From Actinomycetota bacterium (GTDB lineage: Bacteria; Actinomycetota; Acidimicrobiia; Acidimicrobiales; AC-14), in the NCBI GenBank assembly GCA_005888325.1, contig VAWU01000030.1, positions 80,349 to 133,890 on the forward strand: a DNA stretch of 53,542 bases, read 5' to 3'. The notes under the pieces were generated by a model. It searched no databases. It was not told where the DNA came from and saw only the letters and a list, made by a program, of their open reading frames with translations. The translations under genes were made by a program, and so were the position numbers. Shown here piece after piece: positions 1 through 10,780 of this stretch (its first letter is position 1; each line of letters opens with the position of its first letter).

Positions 1-2
1 TC

Positions 3-2777
3 GACGGGCGACTCGCCCCCATCGGGGTCGACGACGTGGCACCGGACTTCGCCTGGCAACTGGCACCTGGCCCGCGCGGCTCGGTTCAGTCCGCGTACCG
101 CGTCGTGGTGTCGCGGAGATCGTCCACCGCCCCCGCTCGAGGCGATCTCGTGTGGGACAGCGGCCGGGTCGCCTCACGACAGCAGGCATTCGTTCCGTAT
201 CGCGGCCCGGCTCTGCTGAGCGACGCCCGCTACTGGTGGACGGTGCGTATCTGGGATGCCGGTGGACGGGCGAGTCCCTTCGCGACTCCGGTTCGGTTCG
301 ACACGGGTTTGCGGGACCCGGACTGGCGAGCGGCGTGGATTCGCCGCGCGTCTGCAGGCGAACCCGAGGAGTACACGTTCGCGCGCACCGACTTCTCCCT
401 GAAGGCCGCCGCCATCGATCGGGCCGTCGCGTACATGTCGGCATCGCAGCAGGCCGAGTTGTGGATCAACGGCACGCGTGTGGCCCAAGGGCCGTCGTTC
501 GCCTATCCGGACGACGGCTACTACCTGGCCACGGACGTCACCCTGGCGCTTCGCAGCGGCGTGGCGAACGCCATCGGTGCGCTCTACCACTGGTCCGGGA
601 CGGGCAAGGGCCGTCCCGCATCGGAGCCGGGAGTCATCGTGCAGGTCTCCGTCGAGTACGGCGACGGCACGCGCCAGCTCGTCACGACCGACGGCTCGTG
701 GCGGGTGCAGCGAGCGCCGTGGTTGCCCGCGCCGCCGCGGAATCAGGACAGTGGTGACTTCGTCGAAGCACTCGACGGCCGCGCTTGGCCCTTGGGTTGG
801 GACCAGCCCGGCTTCGACGATGCGGCGTGGCAGGTCCCGACCGTCGTCGGCAGGCACCCGGCTCCACCCTTCACGCACCTGACGGCCCAACGCGGCCGCA
901 TCGTCGAGACCCCCGTGCGGCCGGTGGCGTTCACTCGTACCGCGTCGGGCGCCTTTGTGGCCGATTTCGGACGGGTCATCGCCGCCGTAACGGCGATCAC
1001 GTTCCATCGCGGGGTAGCCGGGCGCGCGATCTCTTTGCGCGCGGGATACCTGCTGGACGAGCAGGGAGACGTTTCGACCTCACGAGGCACGCAGGGGACC
1101 GACATGAGCACCCGCTACGTCGAGCGGGCGGGAGAGCAGACGTTCCGCACGTTCTCGTATCTCGGGTTCCGTTACCTGCAGGTCGACGCCCCAGGCGAGG
1201 TGCTCGCGGCGGGCGACGTCGTGGCATACGCGCGCCACTCCGACGTTCCAGACGAGCACGCCGCGTCCTTCTCGTCCTCCGACCCGACACTCGACGCTGT
1301 CTGGGAGCTGGCTCGTCACTCCGCGCTCTTCGCGTCCCAGGAGCAGTTCATCGACACACCGACGCGAGAGAAAGGGCCTTTCCTCCGTGACGCGTTCAAT
1401 GAGTCGGAGACCGCAATGCGCGCCTTCGGCGAACAGAACCTCACCCGCCAGGTCCTGTTGGAGTTCGCCCGATCGCAGTCGCGGTACTGGCCCGATGGAC
1501 GGCTCAACGCCGTGTACCCCGCGGGTCAGGGCAAGCGCGACATCCCGGACTACACCGAGATCTATCCCGAGTGGGTGTGGCAGTACTACGAGAACACGGG
1601 TGACCGCGGGCTACTCGACCAGCTCTATCCGGTGCTGGTGAACATCGCCGACTACGTCGCTCGCTACGTCGACCCGACGACCGGTCTGGTGACCGACCTG
1701 GCGGGCGGAGGGGACGAGGACTACAAGTTCGGGATCGTCGACTGGCCGCCCGCGATGCGTTACGGCTACGACGTGTCCACGGTCGCGCGGACGACCGTCA
1801 ACATCCTCGCGATCGACGCCCTCTCGCGTGTCGTGGAGGTCGCCGCCGCACTCCGGCGCCCGTCCGCCGAGGTGGACACCCAGCGACGGCGGGCGGAAGC
1901 GCTGACCGAGGCGGTCGGCGCGCACCTCACCCGACCCGACGGTGTCTACGTCGACGGCTTGCGAGCCGACGGCACCCAGAGCGGGCACGCGTCTCAACAG
2001 GCGAACGCCATGGCCCTGGCTGCCGGCTTGGTGCCCGCTCTGCGGCAGAAGACCGTCGCGGACCACGTCGTGCGCCTCGGGATGGCGATGGGGCCGATGA
2101 CGGCGGAGGCGCTGCTCCGCGCCTTGCACGCGGCCCGTCGCGATGGAGACCTCGTGGCCACGCTGACGAACCGCCACCAGCCGGGCTGGGCGAACATCCT
2201 CGACCGTGGGGGGACGTTCACCTGGGAGGCGTGGGACCCGATCGACGCCGAGGGCGACAGCATGTCGCACGGGTGGGGCTCGACGGTCCTCGTGGCCATG
2301 CAGGAAGCGCTGCTCGGCGTTCGCCCGACTGCTCCGGGTTGGGCAACGCTCGACATGGTGGCGCCTGCAACCCTCCACCGCGTCGAGGGTGTAGTGCGCA
2401 TCCCTGCGGGACGGGTGACCGTGTCGTGGGTGCGGACGCGAGCCGATCCACGCGCGCTGACCGCCCATGTGACGATCCCTCCGAATGCCACGGCGACAGT
2501 GCACGTGCCCGCGAAGCGAGCGTCCGACGTGACAGAGGGGGGTGGGGCCGCGGCCCACGCGACCGGCGTCCATCTGCTGAGCCTCGAGAGCGGCACCGCG
2601 GTCTTCCGCGTGGGCTCAGGCACGTACACGTTTCGCCGATGCAGCGCCTGCACGCGCGGCAGTCATCGCGCTGTCGCGCTGTTCACGGGTATCGCCGGTG
2701 TTGTTCTCGCTTCGCTGGTGACGCTCGTGGCCGTCCGTCGGAGGCGGAGCCGCGCGCTGCGGCGAGCTCAGGGTTGA
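3..2777 (+). CDS. alpha-L-rhamnosidase (GH78). The 5' end is partial: the frame is open to the window edge. The C-terminus carries a hydrophobic anchor.
   Basis: The 913-aa ORF has GH78-typical motifs (ARYWWTVRIWDAGG near the N-terminus; catalytic six-hairpin region). No stop is seen upstream in frame from nt 3. A C-terminal TM helix (VALFTGIAGVVLASLVTLVAV) is followed by an Arg-rich tail. Confidence 0.7.
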   Translation, partial: DGRLAPIGVDDVAPDFAWQLAPGPRGSVQSAYRVVVSRRSSTAPARGDLVWDSGRVASRQQAFVPYRGPALLSDARYWWTVRIWDAGGRASPFATPVRFDTGLRDPDWRAAWIRRASAGEPEEYTFARTDFSLKAAAIDRAVAYMSASQQAELWINGTRVAQGPSFAYPDDGYYLATDVTLALRSGVANAIGALYHWSGTGKGRPASEPGVIVQVSVEYGDGTRQLVTTDGSWRVQRAPWLPAPPRNQDSGDFVEALDGRAWPLGWDQPGFDDAAWQVPTVVGRHPAPPFTHLTAQRGRIVETPVRPVAFTRTASGAFVADFGRVIAAVTAITFHRGVAGRAISLRAGYLLDEQGDVSTSRGTQGTDMSTRYVERAGEQTFRTFSYLGFRYLQVDAPGEVLAAGDVVAYARHSDVPDEHAASFSSSDPTLDAVWELARHSALFASQEQFIDTPTREKGPFLRDAFNESETAMRAFGEQNLTRQVLLEFARSQSRYWPDGRLNAVYPAGQGKRDIPDYTEIYPEWVWQYYENTGDRGLLDQLYPVLVNIADYVARYVDPTTGLVTDLAGGGDEDYKFGIVDWPPAMRYGYDVSTVARTTVNILAIDALSRVVEVAAALRRPSAEVDTQRRRAEALTEAVGAHLTRPDGVYVDGLRADGTQSGHASQQANAMALAAGLVPALRQKTVADHVVRLGMAMGPMTAEALLRALHAARRDGDLVATLTNRHQPGWANILDRGGTFTWEAWDPIDAEGDSMSHGWGSTVLVAMQEALLGVRPTAPGWATLDMVAPATLHRVEGVVRIPAGRVTVSWVRTRADPRALTAHVTIPPNATATVHVPAKRASDVTEGGGAAAHATGVHLLSLESGTAVFRVGSGTYTFRRCSACTRGSHRAVALFTGIAGVVLASLVTLVAVRRRRSRALRRAQG

Positions 2778-2819
2778 CGGCACAGCTATGGCGATGCCGA
2801 CCTTGTACCGTCTGCGTCG

Positions 2820-3767
2820 ATGATCAGGCGCGCATTCGCCGGTCTCGCGGTTGGCGCCGCGCTGGTCGCTCCCGGTTGCGGTGGGGGCGACAACAGTGTC
2901 GCCACGACGACGACCAGCAGCGCCGCCGCATCGACCTCGACCCGCGCCGCGTCCGGTGGTGTCGATCTCACGAAGCTGCCCATCGGCGATCAGCGGTACG
3001 CGACGAGCGCGGTGAAGGGCTCGGTCTACTCCTGCATCACCCAGTTCAACGGCGGCGGGGCATTCCGGGACGGGCCGTGGATCCACGCCGTCACCAACAC
3101 CTGGGACGCCACCGCGAAGATCGCGGTCAGCGGTTCGCTGGACCAGCACGGCCAGATCACGGGAAAGGAGTCGACCGGCGGCGAGACGCTGACGGGCAAC
3201 GGCCTGCCGACGGTGCCGACCGGCGTCTTCCCGGTTGCTTCCGGCGATCCCGCCTACGCCTACGACCGCAACCCCAACTCGATCAGGGGGTACACGCTCT
3301 CGGTGACACTTCCCGAGCCGCAGCTCGCCGCATCGCCCTCGTGCGTCGGCGGGACGATCGGCGTCAGCGTGCTCGGCGTCCCCATCTACAGCGCCTTCGA
3401 CGCGGGCGGTCGCGACGCGGTCGCGCATGAGGTGCAGGACCGCTGCGACGGGCATCCCGAGATGACCGGGCAGTACCACTTCCACTCGCTTTCGGCGTGT
3501 TGGAAGGACACGGCGGGTTTCGACCCCGGTCTCTTCGGCTACGCGCTCGACGGCTTCGGGATCTACGTCGACCATGATTCGTCGGGCAACCTCCTCGCGA
3601 GCGTGGACCTCGACGAGTGCCATGGCCGCACGAGCTCGATCACCTGGCACGGTCAGCGAACCGTGATGTACCACTACGTCGCCACGCCGGACTTCCCGTA
3701 CCTGGTCGGCTGCTACCGCGGCACGCCGATCACGAGCGCCACCGGCCTTCATCTCGGCCGCCCCTGA
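2820..3767 (+). CDS. YHYH-domain-like lipoprotein
   Basis: The signal peptide has a lipobox (LVAPGC). A Thr/Ser/Ala-rich linker follows. The C-terminal region has DECHGRT...HFHS...MYHYVATPDFPY motifs reminiscent of the YHYH domain family. Confidence 0.5.
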   Translation: MIRRAFAGLAVGAALVAPGCGGGDNSVATTTTSSAAASTSTRAASGGVDLTKLPIGDQRYATSAVKGSVYSCITQFNGGGAFRDGPWIHAVTNTWDATAKIAVSGSLDQHGQITGKESTGGETLTGNGLPTVPTGVFPVASGDPAYAYDRNPNSIRGYTLSVTLPEPQLAASPSCVGGTIGVSVLGVPIYSAFDAGGRDAVAHEVQDRCDGHPEMTGQYHFHSLSACWKDTAGFDPGLFGYALDGFGIYVDHDSSGNLLASVDLDECHGRTSSITWHGQRTVMYHYVATPDFPYLVGCYRGTPITSATGLHLGRP

Positions 3768-3798
3768 CACCCAACCCCCGCCGCGTGAGGGAGAGAAC

Positions 3799-4050
3799 AT
3801 GGCAGACGAGCCAAAGCCCGAGGCCGATGCGCTCGAGCAGGCGCAGCCTCTCGTCGACGAGGAGGACGACGTCTCGTTCGGAGCCGACGACCCCGAGGTG
3901 GCGGAGGCCGACCTCCTGGATCAGCGACGGGCGGTCGCATCGTCGTCCGACGACGCCGTTCGCACGAGCCCCGATCCCGAGGTGCCGGACGCCGATGCGG
4001 CCGAGCAGCGTCGAGCCGTCGCCGATGATGAAGAGGGTCGCCCTGATTGA
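3799..4050 (+). CDS. small acidic protein with internal repeats
   Basis: An RBS (gagggagagaac) lies 5 nt upstream of the ATG. Third codon positions are GC-rich. The motif E(V)(A/P)(E/D)AD(L/A)(L/A)(D/E)QRRAVA occurs twice. The protein is very acidic. Confidence 0.55.
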   Translation: MADEPKPEADALEQAQPLVDEEDDVSFGADDPEVAEADLLDQRRAVASSSDDAVRTSPDPEVPDADAAEQRRAVADDEEGRPD

Positions 4051-4075
4051 CCCCTCGCGACGGAGAAAGGGCGCG

Positions 4076-7000
4076 CTAGGTCGACGACTCGCGGAGCGCC
4101 TCGGCGCCGCGGCGCACGGCCTGCATTCCCAGCCGCTCGGCTTCCGCGACGATCGAATCGATCAGCGGGCGAACGGCGTCGCGGTCACCGGTTGCGTTCC
4201 GCGCGAGGAGCATTCGCACGTACTCGAGCCGCGATCGCGTGTGGAACGGGGCCGCTCCCAGCCGGGCGTGGCGAGCGATCGCATCTTCGAGGTGGTCGGC
4301 GGCTTCGTCCCAGGCTCCTCGTGTGAGGGCGAGTATCCCGAGGTAGTGCGACACCGATCCCATGAACACCACGGCGAACGTGAGCAGGATGATCTGCTCG
4401 CGGTGGGGGAGAAGCAAGGCGAACAACACGTCGGCGCGCCGGCTGTCACCGAGTCGCGAACAGATCTCCGCGAGCATCGCCAGCGTGACCGACCGAAACA
4501 GGTCATCGGGTACGTCGGCGAAATCTGCCGCAGCAATCGCGTCGAACTCGAGGCGAGCGCTCTGTTCACGGCCTGACTCGACGTCCGCCAGGATTCGTGC
4601 CGCTCGCAATGGGAGATCGATGGACCCCGTCGCGGCCACAGCGATCGCCCGGAATTCCTCGATGCGACCCTGCTCGCGGCGGAGTATCGCGAGCTGGGCG
4701 CCCATCATCTGCAAAGCCACCGTTCGGCCCGCGCGCTGGCCGATCTCGAAGCCTTCGTTCACGGTCACCTCGGCGTCGGCGAAGCGTCCCTCCAGGATGG
4801 CTCGCATGGCGGCGTAGAGGGTGGTGGTCCACTGGTAATAGGGCGCGTGGAGCTCGCGGGCCGCGGCCTCGAGCGCCTCTGCATCTGCGTCGGCGCGCCT
4901 GACATCGCCGAGCTCCATCAGATCGACGAACCGGAACGAGAGCGCCTGCATCACCAGCTCTCGCTGATCGAGCGCCTGTGCGAGCTCCAATGCCTCGTTG
5001 GAAACGGCGAGCCGGTCGCGCATGTTCGCGAACTGCCACCGCGCCATGCGCCAGAACAGAAGCGCCTGTACGAGCGTGGCGGGATCGTCGGTGCGGCGAG
5101 CCATCGCGAGTGACTCGTCGGCGAGCCGTTGTCGCCGATCGGTGTCGCCGAACACGAAGAGCTGTTGCGCGAGCGAGCCGAGCAGCTTGACCCGAAGCGC
5201 GGAGTCGCCGCGGTCGAGCACGTCGAGGGCCTCCTCGAGCAGCTTCACGAGGACGTCGTCGACGAGCCCCTGCTCGGTCCACCACGGGCGAAAGCCGGCT
5301 CCGCCGAGCCCGAGCGCCGCGTTTGCGAGTCGGATCGGGTCGCCGATCCGGCGGGCGAGCTCCGCGGCCTCAAGAAAGCTCGCGCGGGCGCGCTGGACCT
5401 CGCTCGTGCGCCATGCTGCGTCACCAACCGCACGGAGCAGGTCGTACCGCCGCGTGACGTCACCCGGTGCGGATGCCTCGAGCACTTCGAGTGCCATCAG
5501 GTACTGACGGCTGGCGTCCTCGTACGCGAGGAGATCCGTCGATCGATCGCCCGCCTGCCACGCGTAGTCGATCGCCTTGGCGGCGTCGCCGAAGCCGGCG
5601 GCCTGCCAGTAGTGGTACGCGAGCTCAGCCAGCGGCGGCTCGAACGCACCGGTGAAGAGCGCCTCGAGCGCGTCGCCGACGCGGCGGTGCAGTCGGGCGC
5701 GACGTGTGGTCGTCAGCCCTTCGTAGAGCGTCTGGCGCACGAGCGCATGCGAGAAGACGTACACGCCAACTGTGCCCCGCATCTCCGCGACGAGACCGGC
5801 GTGCACCGCGTCATCCAGCGTCTCGAGCAGACTCTCCTCGTCGAGGTCCATGACTGCAGCGAGCACGTCGAACCGGAACTCGCGGCCGATCACGGCAGCC
5901 GCGGCGAGCACTCGGCCCGCGGGCTCGATGAGGCGAGCGACGCGCTGGGCCACCACCCCCCGCACCCCACTGGGAACCTCGAGGCGACTGAGCCCCGCAT
6001 CGGACACCCATCGACCACCCTGTTCGTGGATGGCGCCGCTCTCGGCGAGGTGGCGCAGCATCTCACCGATGAAGAACGGGTTGCCTTCCGTTCCCTCGCA
6101 CAGCGTTCGCGCGAGCGCCGATGTCCGACCATCCGGCTGTCCCGCGCCCGTCGTCGTGTCGAGCAGTGCCGTCACATCCGCATCACCGAGCCCGGTCAGC
6201 CGAATTCGGCTGACGGACTGCTCGCGACGATCAGCGTCTCCGCGAATGGCGTCGACAAAGACACACTCTCGTCGCGACACGTCGCGAGCACGACGAGCCC
6301 CGTCAGATCCGCGTGGCGTGCCAGATGGCGGAGCAGGAGCAACGTCGCCCTGTCGGCCCAGTGGAGGTCGTCGAGCACGAGCAGTACCGGCGCACCCCGC
6401 CTCAGCTCCATCAGGAATGCCGCGACCGCCTCGAACAGCCGGAACCGTTCCGCGTCGGCATCGCTCCAACGGGGCTGGGCGAGGCCCGGCACCCGATCAC
6501 CCAGCTCGGGCACCAACCGGCCGAGCTCGGTGACGAAGCGACCCAACCGGTACTGAAGCTGGTCGGCGGGAAAGACGCGGAGGTAGCTGCTCAACGCCTC
6601 GGCGAATGGCTGATAGGGCCGCAGCACCTCCTCGTCGCATCGACCGAACAGCACCGTCGCGCCCCGCTCGTGGACCGCCGCGGCGAACTGCGCAGCGAGG
6701 CGCGACTTGCCGATCCCCGGTTCACCGCTGATCAACACCATACGGGCTCCGATAGCGTTCGGCGTTTCCCACTCGACGTCGAGCTCGGCCAACTCCGCGT
6801 CCCGACCCACGAACACACCACCGTCGCTGCTCGCGAGCGGCGCGGGCAACGGGACCTCACCGCCGACGAGGAGGTCGCGCGGGCGTCCCGATCCCGACTG
6901 CAGCGGCGGAAATTCGGTGGGAAGCTCAGGGTGGCAGAGCTGGTAGACGTGCTCGGGGTGCAGCAGCCCACGGAGCTCGTGCACTCCCATGTCGCGCAAC

Positions 7001-7461
7001 GTCACATCGTCCGACAACTGGTCGCGCACGACCTGCGCGGTGGCCTCCGACAGGACGATCTGACCACCGTGGGCGAGACCACGCAGGCGCGCACACCGAT
7101 GTACGGCCGAACCCTTGTAGTTTCCCTTCGACAGTTCGGCTTCCCCCGTGTGCAGCGCCATCCGAACGCGGATCGCTGCGTCGTCGGGCCACGCCTCGGC
7201 GAACATCGCGCGCTGGAGCGCAAGGGCGCACCCGAGCGCGTCGGTGGCCCGGGCGAACACGGCGAACGCGCTGTCCCCCTCACCCTGGTCTCTGGGGCGG
7301 CCACCGCCGAACGACGCGAGGTGTTCGGCCACGAGGGCGTCGTGGCGCTCGAACCCGGCCCGCGCCCGGCTGGGGTCGGCCTCCCAGATTCGTGTCGACC
7401 CCTCGACGTCGGTGAGGAGAAACGTCACCATGCCCGACGGCAGCGAGGGCTCGCCCATCAA
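4076..7461 (-). pseudogene. large signalling regulator with a class III adenylyl/guanylyl cyclase domain, an AAA/STAND ATPase and TPR repeats. The reading frame is broken near nt ~6225 (frameshift, or an assembly error).
   Basis: ORF 6196..7461 encodes a cyclase domain (FLLTDVEGSTRIWE...RVRMALHTGEA) and a P-loop (LISGEPGIGKSRLAA), then LVVLATCRDESVSLSTPFAETL, and stops. The overlapping ORF 4076..6469 continues in another frame with ADRREQSVSRIRLTGLGDADVTALLD and a long TPR-like C-terminus. No LuxR HTH is present at the C-terminus. Confidence 0.65.
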
Positions 7462-7557
7462 CCGTCAACGCTACTGCTCGGCTCATGCCTGCCATCGGGC
7501 GCGAACCGCCGCGGACATGGCGTAACCGGCGGGCGACAGTCGTGAGAGGCTGAGCCG

Positions 7558-8670
7558 TTGAGCCACGAGATCAGCACTACCGGGCCCTTCCCCTCGCGCC
7601 GGAGGACGCCACTCACACTGCTCGCGATCGTTTCCGCGGCGGGGGCGGTCGCGCTCGCCCTCGTCTGGTTGATCGTGGCGGTCGTCGTGCCGCTCGTCAG
7701 CGAGTCCAAGTGCGCGGGCGTCGAGTTTCGAACCGCGGTGAAGGCGAGCCCGCTCGCCTCCCGCCCCCGCATCGGTGGGGCGAGCGGTCTCGCCGGAGAG
7801 GTCCGCAGCGCGCTGCGCGGCGACACCCCCGCGGTCTACTGCAACGATTTCGCCGATCCCTACGTGCTGCGCGTGGGCGACACCTACTACGCCTATTCGA
7901 CGAACACCGAGCATCGGCGGGTGCCGGTGCTGACATCGGATGGGCTGTTCGGGACGGGTCGACGCTCGGAGGCGCTCGCCCGACTCGCGCCGTGGTCCTC
8001 ACCCGGCAGGGTGTGGGCGCCCTCGGTGCTCGTCCGCCCGGGCGGCTTCGTCATGTACTACAGCACTCGCGCGCCGGACCCCGACCGCCAGTGCCTGTCG
8101 CGGGCGGTGGGATCGAACCCCAAGGGACCGTTCGTCGACAACTCTGCTGCGCCCCTGGTCTGTCCGAAGGATGGCGCCATCGACGCCAGCCCTTTCGTCG
8201 ACGCTGATGGCCGTGCCGTCCTCATCTGGAAGCACGCCGCGCCCGGCATGACCGGCATCGTCGCCCAGCAGCTCACCCCCGACGGGCTCGGCCTGGTGGG
8301 GCCGAGGCGGCTTCTGTTGCGGGCAGACCAACCCTGGGAGGGCGGGAACGTCGAGGGCCCGAGCATGGTGGCCCACGCGGGTCGCTACTACCTCTTCTAC
8401 TCCGGCAACGACTTTGCGACTGCGAACTATGCGATCGGCTACGCCACCTGCGAGACACCTTTCGGGCCGTGCAGGAAGGCGCCCGGGCCCTGGCTGGGCT
8501 CGAGTGCCGATGCCAAGGGCCCCGGTGGCCAGGAGGTGTTCAGTGACAGCGCGGGGCGCCTGTGGCTCGCGCTGCACGCGTGGATCCGCGGGCACGTCGG
8601 CTATCCCGGCGGGGCCCGCAACCTGTTCGTGCTGCCGTTGACCTTCGTGGATGGTGTCCCCGTGGCGTAA
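7558..8670 (+). CDS. glycoside hydrolase family 43 protein, N-terminally membrane anchored
   Basis: There is an N-terminal TM segment. GH43 motifs include DPYVLRVGDTYYAYST, VWAPSVL, AIDASPFVDADGRAVL and EGPSMVAHAGRYYLFYSGN. Confidence 0.7.
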   Translation: MSHEISTTGPFPSRRRTPLTLLAIVSAAGAVALALVWLIVAVVVPLVSESKCAGVEFRTAVKASPLASRPRIGGASGLAGEVRSALRGDTPAVYCNDFADPYVLRVGDTYYAYSTNTEHRRVPVLTSDGLFGTGRRSEALARLAPWSSPGRVWAPSVLVRPGGFVMYYSTRAPDPDRQCLSRAVGSNPKGPFVDNSAAPLVCPKDGAIDASPFVDADGRAVLIWKHAAPGMTGIVAQQLTPDGLGLVGPRRLLLRADQPWEGGNVEGPSMVAHAGRYYLFYSGNDFATANYAIGYATCETPFGPCRKAPGPWLGSSADAKGPGGQEVFSDSAGRLWLALHAWIRGHVGYPGGARNLFVLPLTFVDGVPVA

Positions 8671-8688
8671 CGGGCGCCGGCCGTCGCA

Positions 8689-9708
8689 TCACCTCGTCAC
8701 GACGAGCTTCATCGGCGGGTCGGCGAGGGCGGCGGGCGCGTCTTCCCACATCACAATGGCGCTGGTCACGATGGACGGATCGAACCCGCCGGCGATGAGC
8801 GCGAGGACGCGGTCGATGGCGGGCCGCGCGTGGACCCGTCCGGTGTGGAAGGTGCAACAACGCGAGTACATCGACAAGAGGGGCAACGGCGGGTCTGTCA
8901 GGTAGACGGATGGGCTGGTGCAAGTGCCGTCGAACGCGGTGCTGTTCAGTGCACAGCGCACGCCGTCGTGGTCACCGCTGGCATCCACGGTGATGGGGAA
9001 GGCGCCGATCTTGCGCGGCAGGGAACCTTCGCGTGTCTCGGCGCCCAGCCGGGCCGCGATCGCGAGGCGCTCGGCGTTATGATCGGCGTAGACGACTCGT
9101 GAGGCGTCGAGGGCGACGGCGATCCCGACGGCGTAGAGACCAATCGAGTTCGGGCCGCCGTCGCCGCCGATGACGAGGACGTCTCCGTGTGGCTCTTGTT
9201 CGAGCTGCGGGCCGACGGTACGCCATGCATCCGAGATGTTGTCGCTGACGCTTGCCGCCGCGGCGGGGTCGACGCCCTCAGGTAGCCGCACGAGCATGGC
9301 GTCGGCGTGGGGAACGAGCGTCAGGTCGGCGAGCAGACCGCCCCACCCGAGCCCGCCCATCGGCCCGAGCCCGAAGGTCGACAGCGGTGGGTGTGCCGCA
9401 CAGTTACCGGTGCGGCCGCGCGCACACGGCGGGCATCGCCCGCAGGAGATCTGGAACGGCACGACGACGATGTCGCCGACCGCGACCGAACGAACTCCGG
9501 CGCCAACCTCGACGACCTCTGCCACGCCCTCGTGGCCGAAGGGGTAGGGGCCTTCGAGCGGGAACCGGCCCCGCAGGACGGCGACGTCGAGGTCGCACGT
9601 CGCCACTGCGACGGGCCGGACCACGGCGGCGTCCGCGCCCGACAGCTGCACGTCGGGCACCTCGTCCCACCGCACCGCGCCTGGCCCATCGAGCATCAGC
9701 TGTCGCAC
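8689..9708 (-). CDS. zinc-binding alcohol dehydrogenase (MDR superfamily)
   Basis: Motifs include GHEGVAEVVEVGAGV, a cysteine cluster (CGRCPPCARGRTGNC), and the Rossmann segment VLVIGGDGGPNSIGLYAV. Confidence 0.7.
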   Translation of the reverse strand: MRQLMLDGPGAVRWDEVPDVQLSGADAAVVRPVAVATCDLDVAVLRGRFPLEGPYPFGHEGVAEVVEVGAGVRSVAVGDIVVVPFQISCGRCPPCARGRTGNCAAHPPLSTFGLGPMGGLGWGGLLADLTLVPHADAMLVRLPEGVDPAAAASVSDNISDAWRTVGPQLEQEPHGDVLVIGGDGGPNSIGLYAVGIAVALDASRVVYADHNAERLAIAARLGAETREGSLPRKIGAFPITVDASGDHDGVRCALNSTAFDGTCTSPSVYLTDPPLPLLSMYSRCCTFHTGRVHARPAIDRVLALIAGGFDPSIVTSAIVMWEDAPAALADPPMKLVVTR

Positions 9709-9730
9709 GAGGTCTCCCTGTGAAGCACGT

Positions 9731-10687
9731 CTACGACGAGCTGCCGGCCCATCGCCCGGCGACCTCGATCATCACCTCGTGGAACTCGGTGACCGTGCGG
9801 TCGATGATCGTCGCGACGGGTTCGATCGAGCGGATCCGACCGGCGACCTGTCCGCCGAACACGAAACCGGCATCGAGGTCGCCCTCGAAGTACACCTTCA
9901 GGAGCTGATCGAGCGCGGGAAACGCGACCCGTTCGTCACGTTCGCGGGCCTCGGAGTACGGCGTCGCAAGGACGCGGAACGCCGGCTTTCCCCATCGGTT
10001 GAGCATCACGCTGTCGGTCTCGGACGAGCGTACGATCAGCTCCTTCCAGTTCGAGTGCACCGGCGACTCGGCGGCCGACACCATGCGGGTTCCCATCTGC
10101 ACGCCCTCGGCGCCGAGCACGAACGCGGCCGCCATCGACCGGCCGTCGACAATGCCGCCGGCGGCGATCACCGGAACGTCGACCGCACCGCATATCAAGG
10201 GCAGCAAGACCATCGTGGCGACGTCGCGCGACTGCTTGAAGCCACCGCCCTCACCGCCTTCGACCACCAACCCGTCGACACCGGCGGCGATCGCCTTCAT
10301 TGCGCCACGCAGGTGGGGGACGACGTGGAACACGGTGATGCCGACGTCGTGCAGGCGCGCGGTGAGAACGCTCGGGTCGCCTGCAGACGTCGTCACGAAC
10401 CGGACACCCTGCTCCGCGACGAAGGCCACGATCTCGACGGGGTCGCGCACGAACAGCTGGGCGATGTTCACCCCGAACGGCTTGTCGGTGAGATCTCGCA
10501 TCCGGCGGATCTCCTCGCGCACGTCCTCGAGCTGACCCGACGAGGTCTCGATGATCCCGAGACCGCCGGCGTTGGACACGGCCGAGGCCAGCGGCGACCG
10601 GGCGATGTAACCCATCGGGGCCTGCACGATCGGGTACCGGACGCCGAGGAGGTCCGACACCCTCGTGCTGATCGCGGCCGCGGTCAC
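9731..10687 (-). CDS. nitronate monooxygenase (NMO, 2-nitropropane dioxygenase-like), FMN-dependent
   Basis: Motifs include YPIVQAPMGYIARSPLASAVSNAGGLGII, KPFGVNI and VIAAGGIVDGRSMAAAFVLGAEGVQMGTR. Confidence 0.75.
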   Translation of the reverse strand: MTAAAISTRVSDLLGVRYPIVQAPMGYIARSPLASAVSNAGGLGIIETSSGQLEDVREEIRRMRDLTDKPFGVNIAQLFVRDPVEIVAFVAEQGVRFVTTSAGDPSVLTARLHDVGITVFHVVPHLRGAMKAIAAGVDGLVVEGGEGGGFKQSRDVATMVLLPLICGAVDVPVIAAGGIVDGRSMAAAFVLGAEGVQMGTRMVSAAESPVHSNWKELIVRSSETDSVMLNRWGKPAFRVLATPYSEARERDERVAFPALDQLLKVYFEGDLDAGFVFGGQVAGRIRSIEPVATIIDRTVTEFHEVMIEVAGRWAGSSS

Positions 10688-10780
10688 GCCGGGGAACCGT
10701 AGCGCCCGTGCGTTGCACCCACTCCGGTCGCACAGACACGCAGTGAGACAACGCGCCGCCTAGTCGGCCCGGGCCGGGTA

